From NCBI RefSeq assembly GCF_018977255.1, contig NW_024704743.1, positions 79,920,001 through 79,984,000 of the forward strand: a stretch of 64,000 nt of DNA, written 5' to 3'. Below are positions 53,171 through 64,000 of this stretch, one piece after another. The notes below the pieces were generated by a model, which ran no database searches, was not told where the DNA came from, and saw only the letters and a program-made list of their open reading frames with translations. Source of the stretch: Callorhinchus milii. Lineage: Eukaryota. The position numbers and the translations under genes are program-made. Every line of letters starts with the position of its first letter. The stretch's first letter is position 1.

Positions 53171-54779
53171 TGGGCTCCTGTCTCCCATGGAATTGTACCT
53201 AAGCATCAGTCAGAACCTTCAGGAGGGAAGGGATGAAAGATTGTGAGAAATCATTTATGCTGAGTTGATATATTATTCTTTCCAGATATATTAAATTATT
53301 TATGCTGAGATTTTGCTGCATGTTTCACAGCATGGGATCACTGGATATGGTGGGATTAGAGCAGTGGGCCGAAAGTGACCAGTGGGGCTGTCAAGAAGCA
53401 ATCCTCCTACACATTCGCACAAGTCTAGGTGTCCGTGTTCAATTGGCAGTGTGTTTTCAGTTTTTTCTTGATTGAATATTTCTTGACTTATGGCATAAAT
53501 AAATATTCAATCAAGAAAATCTTGGCTGATCATGAAGTTTGGCCACGACAGGTCTGAAAGCATTTGCAGTATAAACGCAGGGGATGCAGATGAAATGGGC
53601 CATGAAAAACTTGGCCAATGTAAGCTTCACATAGAGAAGAGTTAGGAATCCACAAAGGACTATTTTTAATACTATTAAGGAATCTTTAATGCTGCCAGCG
53701 CTTCAGTAATATCAAAAAACTTTAAATTTCAGGATTCTGAACGATTTAATGCTCCTGGTCCAGTACAGAGCAAGAAGTGTAAAGTCAGCTTCTTGCCCAC
53801 AATGTTCCAGTGCTGCAAGTGACATTGCCTTACATCTTGCAGTATAAATAAAGCGTTAAAATACACAGGGGTATGGATTCTATAATTGAGCAAAAACAAC
53901 ATTTCTTTTTAAACACGCTCCTGCCTTATTTAAATATTTTAAACTTTTCCTGCTCTGTGCCTGGCCTCTGAAACAGAACTACTATTCTACTGATTTTATC
54001 TCTGGGGAAGCCATTCACTACCCCTCCAGCTTTGCTCAGGCGCATTATGTAGTTTTTGTCTTTCAACTGGTAAAAATGCAGATAAAACAATATTTTCTTT
54101 GTTATGTGATTTTAGTGCAGGTACTTACCAATTTGACTCTGTTGGTAGCACTCTTGCTTTTTATTGTATCAGAGGTTTTGGGTTCAACACCGGCACTTGA
54201 ACTGAGTCTGGACTTATACTTCAGGAAGGTCCAGGGAAAGTGTTGCATTGTTGGAGGTACTGTATTCACATGAGATGTTAAATCAGTCTTGTCTGACTGT
54301 TCAGGTGGATTTCAAAAATCCCTTGGCATCACTCACAAAGAGGAGGGAGTTTCTCCCGGTATGCTGGGTAAAATTCTTCTAGAATATGCGATTATTCGCT
54401 ACATGGCTGTTAGTAGGAGTTTCGCCTACAAACTTTTAGAGGGTGAAGTTAACCTGTTTCTATGTTGTATAACCTATGCATATCTATGCGATCTGCACAG
54501 TCAATACACTTTTCAGTAAATCCCATGAATCGCTTTGGGAGGTCCTCCCAATGTAAAAGGCACTAAATTCAAATGCAATTATTTACTATTATTGTTACCT
54601 TGCTGGCACAAATAGCTGCTGTGAATGCCTGCAAAAATGGTGACTACAGTTGGCGTTAATCACTTGTGAAACACTTCAAGATATTTTGATGTGACAGTAT
54701 AATAAATGCAATTAGTCTCTCCACCCTTTTTTGTTCTCCAATTTTCTCCCCTCTTTGAAAGTCATCAAGTCATGGATAC

Positions 54780-55040
54780 AATGCCCCTGGTGCCAGCTGC
54801 CCTCTAGTATTTCACCCCATTGGCGCATCATTGTGTGAAAGTCATGTATTAGTCACCTGGCTGACCCAAAAAAAGACAATGAATATCAGCAAGATAACTG
54901 ACTGTGAAGAGGCATCACAGCTGATCTAAGGCTGACCCTGACCTCATCTGATACCTATACTCCTGGATTTTGCAGCAAGTTTTCACTGGGAGTGGGAGTT
55001 CTGGCTGATTTCTTCCTCTTTAGCCCTGGGGTCACTGAGA
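54780..55040 (-). repeat. Old SINE-like interspersed repeat (unclassified)
   Basis: Shared motifs (ggcatcacagctga, ctggctgattt, acaattggcctcag, ttagctgatctcagcc) recur at ~1-200, 4060-4200, 12370-12600, 20730-20870, 61860-62060 and 63945-64000. Confidence 0.55.
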
Positions 55041-55899
55041 GAGCGAGAGAGCATTTCTATCCCACCCTTTCACATCAAAACATCTTAAAGTGCTTTATAG
55101 TAATTGCTGTATCATTAAGTGGATGATTATTTCTGCAGGCAAATGTTGAAGCCATTTGCACCAGGAAACTCCATAAACAGCCATAAGGTGAATCAACATT
55201 GTGTAGATTTGTTGGTCAATCTTTGGAGACTGTCATGGGATCTTTAATGTCCACTTGAAGAGGCAGTCGAGAATTTGGTTTGATATCTCAGGCTGAAGAC
55301 AGTACTGTTGACAAGTTTCTGAAAGCTCACAAAGTTTGTGTGGAGTGGAACAGGATATAAAGCAGACCAGGGTTGGTGGAGTGGAAGGCATGGCCAGGAA
55401 AGTAGGGTCGCAGGAAATCACAAAGACAAGGCTGTTGAGGCATTTGAAGGAGGCAATGAAGTTCTTAATACCGAAATGCTGGAGGGATCAAGCAACAGTG
55501 GATGAGGGTGGGGGATGGCCTTGCAGAATCTGAAGGAAAAAGAGAATATGGGCCGCAGAAGTCTGGATGATCTGGAGCTTGTTGAGGGTGAAACCAGCCT
55601 GTTTCTATATTGTGCAATCTATGTATATCTATATGAATTTATCATTCAATTCATGGTTATTTGTGGGCAGTGATGTGTCCAAATTGGCTGTTGGGTTCAC
55701 TTACTAATACACAGTCATTACACTTTACAGTAAATTGTGTGAAATGCTTTGAGCCATTTTGACAATGTGATAAGGCGCTATATCAAGTGTAAAGATTATT
55801 TATTTACTATTATTGCATATGGAAATTGACCTGTCGATAATATCACCGATGGATATAATATCAAAAATGCGGATAAGAACCAACGATAAAGGTATGTGG

Positions 55900-56340
55900 A
55901 ACATCAAACCGGGGGGGGGGGGGAGGGGCAGAAGGAGACGTCATCAGATGGGATGTACTGAAGATACTGAGACAGACAGAAGTGAATCCAGAAAAATGCA
56001 GAACCATGGAGCATAGAGGTGGAGAAGAGTGGAATAGTCAATAGTGTCAAAAGCAAAAGATAGAGATGGTGGATAGCTGGGAGGCACAGGGAGTCCTTGT
56101 CACAGATGGGGAGGATGTTGTTTGTGACTCTAACCAAGGCTAAGACAGATGAGAGGGACTCCTATAGGGAATGGTGGAAAAAGAAGGAACAAGTTGGGCA
56201 ATTCCTGGAAAGTTTGGAGGAGTCCTGAGTAGGAATTTGAGAAGGAGTAACAATGACAGTTTTGAAAGGGAGGGATAGCGGAGGAAAAGGCAAAGTTCAG
56301 GACATCAAAGAGCAATTACAGGATGCTAGGGAATGTTAGG
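55900..56340 (-). mobile_element. Older L2 RT fragment
   Basis: VRVTNNIL..CDK.SLC peptide resembles 36471 onward; purine-rich antisense L2 composition. Confidence 0.6.
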
Positions 56341-57074
56341 ATAAATCATTGCACTATTCCATCCTAAGTGTAGCTTTAATGTTTAACTAGTTAGAATGAT
56401 GTTATTACCTGTTGATTACTTTATTGGTGTGCATGTTATAGTCTTGCATGAAGCAAGCCCTTGTACAGTGTACTGAGCCAATTGCAATGTTGGTTGATAG
56501 CTGACAGCTGAAAGAAAAATAATAATAATAATAATAATTTGGTCACTCAATCCACAACTGTTTGTGGGACATTGTTTGTCCAAAATTAGCGGCCGCGTTT
56601 CACCCACAAAATATACAGCCAATTCACACAAAATGCTTTGAAATGTCTTGAAGACATGATAAGGTGCTATTTCAAATGCAAGGATTATTATTATTATAGC
56701 TGAACAATTGAATTAAAATCCCTAGGAACAGTAAATCTACACAGCCACACACACTGCGATTTTGATTTACATGGATTGCTAGCGGGCACTGGCTATTCAG
56801 AATCTTGGATTTTACTGAATTATCAGCATAAAAGTGAAACAAAAGCAGGAAATGTGGGAGCAAAAAGCGTATGAATCAGCAGCCATTCTCCGTTTAGTTT
56901 AACTTTTGATGCTGGCAACACGCAGCTGTCAGTGGCACTGTTGTAGGGCAAACAAAGTGGATGAGATGTCGACAGAACCCTTTACCAGAGTATTCAGTGA
57001 TGGGCTCAGCTCTTCCCTGTCTCTCAGCTCCTACAGAAGCCCACTATTAATTGTAGTGATATCACTGCACTTCA

Positions 57075-57445
57075 CAGGATTTTACCCGGGAGTATAGTAA
57101 CTGTGTATTTGTAGAACAATGTGCCAGCCAATTTTGCTATGTTCCACCAACAGCTGTGAAGTGAGTAGCCAGTTTTATTTGGGGGATTGTTGGCCAGGAC
57201 ACCAAGAGAAATTCCCTTCTCTTTTCAAATTGTGCCATGGGATCTTTAACTTCTATCATGAACAGGCAGATGGGTATCAGTTTAATGTCTTATCTGAAGG
57301 ACAGCATCTCCAGCAATGGAGCACACCCCCAGCACTGCACTGGAGTGTCAGCCTAGACTATGAGTTGAAAGTCCCAACATAGAGCTTGAACACACAATCT
57401 TCTGACTCCCGAGACGAGAATGCTAGTAACTGAACCAGGCTGAAA
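57075..57445 (-). mobile_element. Deu-domain SINE (SacSINE1/AmnSINE1-like)
   Basis: Minus strand GTTAAAGATCCCATGGCAC...CTTGGTGTCCTGGCCAAC resembles the Deu central domain as I recall it; tRNA-like head. Related copies at ~565-780, 3670-3835, 15300-15660, 20270-20670(-), 21299-21620, 33325-33660, 49120-49470(-), 50900-51290(-), 54120-54420, 57745-57920 and 60010-60250. Confidence 0.7.
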
Positions 57446-59652
57446 CCTGTGACCACAGCCTGAAAGAAGAATTTCTATTTTCAGAGCACCTTATCACGTC
57501 AAAACAGCTCAAAAATAATTACTGTCATGTTTAGTAATTGTTTTTGGAGACAAACTGCAACCATTTGTGCCAGCCATGAGATGAATGACCAATTAATCTA
57601 GAATAATGTTGGTAAAGTCTATCCAGAAATGGCATTCAAACAAGATAAATGGTGCAGCGATATGGAAGAGCACCTGCACATTGTCGTCACATCCACCTGG
57701 GCCACATTTCTTTTACCGTCACTCTTACAAGTGTACCTTTACAAGTGTCAGCAGTTGGTAGCCTTCTTGATTCTGAGCTAGAAGATTGTTGATTCAAGCC
57801 CCATCTCAATACATTCAGCTCATGGTCTAGGCTCACAATCCAGTGCAATGCTGGGGAACGCTGAATTGTCAGAGGCGCCATCCTTCAGCTGAGATGGTAA
57901 ACTAAGTTCTCATCTGGCCACACTACACTTTACAATGAAATCCTGATAAGAAGTTTGAGACATTTTGACGACGTGATAAGACGCTATTTCAAATGCAAGG
58001 AATATTGTTATTATTCTTATAGCCTAAACCCAGTATACGTGTAGCATTCACTGAATCAAAGCAGTATTCAACCCTGATCAAGTCACCCTGAGATGCCAAA
58101 TGAAAGGGATATCTCTGGTGATAACATTATAAATGGGACATTGCAGCTTTTGTCCAGCCTCCTGCCCCATTAATTAACGATAGAATTACCCAACAAAAAG
58201 CTCACAAAGTCTTAATTGCCTATTCTTTCAGTGTGAATCACTTGATAACTACTTACTTCAAATGCAACAATGCTATTTTTTAATCGAACTCTTGTATGAA
58301 TTTTCTTGTAACATCTCTGCTGCCATTGGTTACTTCAAGGAAGTAAGAAGAAACAACAATAAGGCACAGAACTAGGAAAAAGTCCCAGTGCTTTGGACCA
58401 TCCTCCTGATGTGAAAGGCATTATACAAATGTAATTTTATTGTTGTTGGGAAACACCCAGCAAGGTAGTGTCGTGTTCCGCCACTGTCAAGTGCTCTGGG
58501 ATACTACTCTGCATAAGGAGCGCTATATAAATGCAAGTTGTTCTTGTAACCTAATTTGTAGGTGCATCTCATAGCCTATTACTGTTATTTGAAAAGTGGA
58601 GATCACAAAAGTAAGTTTCTAATGAAGTTTTGCATACCCACAAATATAATTTTACCCCCGGATGTGAGGAACCAATGTAAAACTGTTTGAAGGCTCAAAG
58701 CAAGACAACACCCTCGGTTTGGAGCCACATTTTGAACCTCCAGAAGCGCAATACGAAACTGGGCTTAACAGAAATAAAGCCAGTAAAAAAGTGACTGTTC
58801 AGTGGCCAGTGATACCTCAAGATAACAATGCAAGCTTTTCTTAACTAGCAAATTAGTTTCATTTTCAATCACAGAACATCATCCTTATAACAAAACTCTT
58901 TCACCCGTGAATTATGAGTAAACTGCAGTGTAAGTGTAGCAGTAGCAGTACAACTTTTATGACAGGTCAGATATTAAGAGCAGAAATCCTTGCAGTCTCA
59001 CAACCTGGCACACTCAGCACAGTTCCTGACCCTGTTTTTGTTACCATATAATAATAATAATCCTTGCATTTAATATAGCGCCTTATCACTTATTTGAGCA
59101 GTCTCAAAGTGAATTGACCATATATGTTGTGGGCGAAACACTGCAGACAACTTCACATAATAGTGTCCCACAATCAGTCATGAATTGAGTGACCAAATTA
59201 TTATTCTTTTTTTAATTTTTATTTTTTTGAAGGGATTATTACCCCCGGAAAAGTAATCTGCCAATCGAACGGGTTCCTACTTACTGCTAGGTAAACAGAA
59301 GTATGTGGAGTAAGAAACTTACCTAATGTTTCGCCCTGCCCAGAAATTGAACCCAGGTTCTCTCTCTTGCGAGGTGAGTGTTCTAACCACTGCGCTATTG
59401 GACTCCTTTAAATGTATAGGAAGCGAGGGGTCAGGCGACATATTGGATAAAGCTGTCACTATGGTTTCTAAGGATAAAATAAATAGTTTTATTGAGATGC
59501 AGGAAAGCAGGTTACCACCTCACTTGCTGTCAGGCTATGGGCTGAGCAGGAATTAAACACAACAATACGTATTATTAACCTTTTTCAGCAGGTTTCACTC
59601 CCTGGAATGCTGAACAAGGCAATTTAACTAATACATTTAGGTTTCACAAAGC

Positions 59653-59976
59653 ATAATAATAATAATAATAATCCTTGCATTTGATATAGCGCTTTTCACA
59701 TCGGGAGGATGTCCCAAAGCGCTTCACAGACCACACTGTAAAGTGAATTCATTGTATATTTGTGGGCGAACTCGGCAGCCAATTGCGCACAGCAATGTCC
59801 CACAAACAGTCGTAGATTGAAAATGACCAATTTAATTATTGTTTTGGGTTTTTGGAGGGATTATTATTAGGCGTGTGGAGTAAGGAAACTTGCCCAAGGT
59901 TTCGCCCTGCCTGGGATTGAACTCAGGTCTCTCGCTTGCAAAGCGAGTGCTCTAACCACTGAGCTACAGGACTCCA
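59653..59976 (-). mobile_element. Young full-length copy of the same tRNA-derived SINE
   Basis: Minus strand GGAGTCCTGTAGCTCAGTGGTTAGAGCACTCGCTTTGCAAGCGAGAGACCTGAGTTCAATCCC...(ATT)n. Flanked by aagcat on both sides (possible TSD). Confidence 0.9.
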
Positions 59977-62338
59977 CAAGCATGACATAACTTTCCTTTT
60001 TTATTCAGGTGCCAGTTGGTAACACATGTGCCTTTGGGTCTGACATTTATGGGTTCAAGCCCCATGGTAGGATTGAGTTCATAGATTGACGCTTTATTAT
60101 AATATCAGGGAGCACTGCTTCTGCTCACTACTGTCAGAGGTGCTTCAGATGAAACATTAAACTAAAATCTTGTCTCTCTGTTCGGGACAATGTTAAAAAT
60201 GGCATGATATTAACCAAAAAGAGATTGGAGTTCCTCTTAGTGTCTTGTCTGAGTGTCTAAATTCGATTTATTTTGGTCAACTGGGTGCCTGACACATGCG
60301 GAAACCCATCACCATGTTTAAGAGCATCCAAATCTAACTGAGAGTTCCATGCATCCCACCTACACATGGAAATCCAAGAGATGTTTATTGGGATGGAATG
60401 CGCACTCTCCCCCTGAAGGGATGAATCCTGTTTATCTAATTCCAGAGAGTATTAGGCACAGTTTGGCAAGAACTAAGGTTTGGGGACCCCAGAGTGCAAT
60501 GATTATTATTATTATTATTATCAACACAACTGCTCCTTGCAGCAGTAGTCACTAGATAACAATCAGAAAGTAGCAATGCAGCTGACTCCTCCACGCTGCA
60601 AGCCAGGGCCACCGAGGCAAACTGTGGTGATCTTACTGTCACTCCAGTGGAAATTAGCTGACTCTGTAACCTTCCTGATTTGTATGGCTGAGAAGCACAA
60701 CCAAATGATGCACAAAATTACAGAGTGAATGGGAGAGCCGGTTGTCTTTTTTCTCACCAAGCACAGAAATATCACCTTTACATTAGAGTGATGATGCTAA
60801 TACCAGCTCCGATACAGCACTGTTGTGTGAAGGGAGCCACATCGCTACCTTTGGAGAATCTGAGGCAGATTTCTGAACCCTCCCCAGAGGCAGCAGTGTC
60901 ACTTGAGGCAAATCTAATTGCTTGCCAACAGCCATTTCTCCAGCGACAGGCGGTTTGAGCACCTGAGAAGCTCAGTGATTTGCAGATCATGGCCCTATAA
61001 CTTTCACAAACAATGAGGTAGGAGTGCAGCCAGGAAAGGAAGCCTCTGTTTATGAAATTCACACACTGCGTCTGCACAACAGCACAGCCACACAGCAGGT
61101 GCCTGTAAACTGTGCAAAACTCACTAGCGCAGAACCACTGCTCTTCTAAGAAGCTTGGCAATACAATGCACAGACATGACTCAACTGCTCGTCCAGTAAA
61201 AAAGAGTTCAGTCATAACAAGCAAATCAGGATAAAATTGTCAAATCACAGTCAGTTAATCACTTGCAAGCATAGCAACAACAAAAGCAACAACAAGATTA
61301 CATTTGTATAGCGCCTTTCACATCGGAAGGACGTCCCAAGACGCTGGACAGAGTCCAGCATTTCAAATTGAGCATTAGCATGACATGAAAAACAACAACA
61401 AATTGCCCTTATACAGCGCCTTCATGTAAGGAGGACATCCCAAGGTCCTGAAATGTAATTGTGAAATGAAGTGATAATGGAGGTTACATGGGCAAACAGT
61501 ATCCAGTTGTAAATAGCATTTTGGTTTAGGATGGGCAGAGAATGCTTTTAACGGACTGATTTCCACAACTATACACTTGCTTTTTGGAAACAGTATAAAA
61601 ACAGTGGGATCTCCGCCATTGTTAAGTGCTCTGTGATGCCACCCGGCGTGGAGAGCGCTATATAAATGCAAGTTGTTATTGTTGTTATCCTGCCCCATTC
61701 ACTGTCTAGCCTCACAGATAAAAGAATGGGACAATTGCCAGAAATCAGGAGATGCTCAGAAGCAAGAGATTTTTCCCCCCACAGAATCTATACCTCAGGG
61801 AATGATGATCCAATTCAAAGACCACCTGAGAGAATATTTAAATAAAGACAGTAACTATCAAATCCCTGAACTGCATTCTTGATTTCTGTCATGGATGTGA
61901 GGTGGGAGCAGGATCAGGCCAAGCTCTGATCTACGTGTATTACAATCATTATGTGCCTACGAACATGGGACTTGCTGGAAAAATCAACAGTAGCTCCTCA
62001 CAAAGGACCAAGTCACATTAAGTTGACAATGGCTACTTGGGTAAGATACTGGAAGTATTATAGAACATTTCTGGTCTTGACACAGCATTTGCTCATGAGG
62101 AGGAGGGGGAACATTGGAATGGGAACAACGAAAATTCCAGAGTGCTGCAAAGCTACCCTGCTGAGAACCAATGTCTCTGTGTCTTTAAGCTAAGAACAAG
62201 TGTAGTTTTAACCACAGTTGGTTGCAGAGGTTGATCCAGAGCAAGAGATCGTATTGAGAGAATGGCAATGTCATTATTAATTTGGGACCAGTATGATATC
62301 AATATGATCTCTATCATATATATACTATTATCCTACCA

Positions 62339-62469
62339 TTACACAATTTAGTGTCTCAACCCCTCTCCACTGCACTGGCAGCAGGGAGGTTGGCTCGAGA
62401 ATTTAGATTATCCCAATAACGGTAGGGCTCTCAATGCAATGGAGAGGGTTGAGACACTAAATTGTGTAA
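62339..62469. repeat. Near-perfect 35-36 bp inverted repeat (hairpin/MITE-like)
   Basis: ttacacaatttagtgtctcaacccctctccactgca (62339-62374) pairs with tgcaatggagagggttgagacactaaattgtgtaa (62435-62469); 60-nt spacer. Confidence 0.85.
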
Positions 62470-64000
62470 CTGTATGATTGTAGTAGATCTATATATATAT
62501 ATAGGACTAATTTGGAACAGGAGAGAGCCATGATGCGGAGATCAAAAAATCATTTAACTCTTCCTACCTAATATTACAGATCTGACTTGGTGCATAAGAA
62601 CTCCCAATTACTGATGTTTTGATCTGTATTGATTGTTGCAAGAGGCCAGGAACATGAAGCAATATTTCCAGTAGGTTAATCCAGCAGAAACAATTTACAC
62701 TTATTCAGCACCTTTTTCACAGAGATAATGCAGGGAGCACCAATCTGTAAGGAAAAGAAAGAGAATTTAGGGATATTGAATTGACCAAATCCACAGTCAA
62801 AACATATTTTTTAAAAAGAGTTTTGAAGGCAGAAAGAGAAGGTGAAAGGTAAAAGGATTTGGGGAGAGTTCCTTAGAGCAGAAACAAAGTGGTTAAAGGC
62901 GGTACAGAGAGAGAAAAAGAAGTAGATCAGAATCGGAAGTGCAGGGAGTTACGATAACTGCTGCAATAATCCAGAAACCCAATCCCCAAATTCTCCTTAC
63001 TTTCATTCGAGCTTGCTGCTGCAAGTTGTTGTGATTTCTGTCAAGTTAATATTACTGGAAATATTACATCATATTCCTGGGCCCTTGTTATTCAATACAG
63101 ATTAAAATGCCCTTGCCTTGTATGTTTAATCTCTTCAATCTGTTTGATCACTATAATACAAAAGTTGAATCTGAAAGATTATTCTTGCATGTGGTAATTA
63201 AAGTGTGGCATTTATCTGTGTGTGTAGTCTTTGCCAATTAGGTTGTGTAAGCACAGGAACACCTTTGGTACATAGGTGTCTGTGGGATAATAAAACCTTA
63301 CACAACTCATAAGGTGTGGTGGCGTTCTGTGTTCCTTTGCCAATTCCATTCCAAAGGATTTTACAGGTTTAACTCATTGACGTTATTTGCATGTTCAGTC
63401 CACATTGATTAACATTCAATAACACTTCTATAAAATGTTTCACAACCAAAAAAAAAGCACTGGAGTTTTCATAATGTGTTTTGTGCTTCCATTAGATTCA
63501 ATCTGAGACACTTTTGTTCGACTGTTGCACTTGCCTTCAATTGTACTCCCTTGTCATGTTGCATCGTGTGCACAAAAGTAAACTCCTTTAGCCAATGGTT
63601 CAGTGGAAATATGCAATGTTGTGCGGCACTGTAGAAACTACAACCAAGGTCCCACTTTTCATCTGTGCTCCGTCTCGAATCATGTTATTCAAACTCAGCT
63701 GTAATGCCCTCCATTTATAAATATCCAGCAGGCACTGTGTAAGCTCAAATATGCAGAGATCCTGTAGGGCTGCAAGTATCAATACAACTGTATCACTAAT
63801 ATTATTGCAACTTTATTGTCTCTAAAGTTTCCAGTTAAAAAAAACGAGTAGTGAGGCTTCCCCTTCACCACCCACACCACCACCATGCCCTAAAAGCACT
63901 GGCTTTACAGATCAGCACAAAGCTATAATTAGATCACAGCATGAAGTTGCGGTTCGAATCCCAGTCTCTGCTGAGTTAGCTGATCTCAGCCGGGACAGCA

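Noticed and set aside
59905..59976. tRNA-Ala-like sequence (also at 17751, 38541 and 15683)
   Set aside because: The acceptor stem does not pair and the sequence runs straight into a SINE body and tail; these are SINE heads, not tRNA genes.

Overview
This is eukaryotic vertebrate genomic DNA, not prokaryotic. It is probably from a cartilaginous fish, possibly a chimaera; this is inferred only from the repeat content (CR1 and L2 LINEs, Deu-domain SINEs, a tRNA-derived SINE with a TGCAAGG(ATT)n tail). I can support one protein-coding gene, c-MYC, on the minus strand: an ATG-free exon 1 (~46435-46044), exon 2 (45239-44481, ATG at 45210) and exon 3 (from 43446, stop at 42790-42788), giving a 462-aa protein with all MYC boxes and the bHLH-LZ. 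It sits in a ~7 kb CpG-rich island free of recognisable transposons. The rest of the window is gene-poor and full of decayed retroelements and DNA transposons. Points of interest around MYC: the exon-1 leader is open and in frame (possible CUG/GUG-initiated isoform); exon 2 can be skipped without a frameshift; there is a 30-residue acidic run; the promoter resembles mammalian P2; there is a candidate CTCF site ~1.8 kb upstream; and the 3' UTR has conserved blocks. Elsewhere there is a ~400 bp inverted duplication 22 kb apart, hAT relics and several foldback elements. I found no evidence of a wholly new multi-gene system. Comparisons with human MYC sequence are from memory and need checking by alignment.
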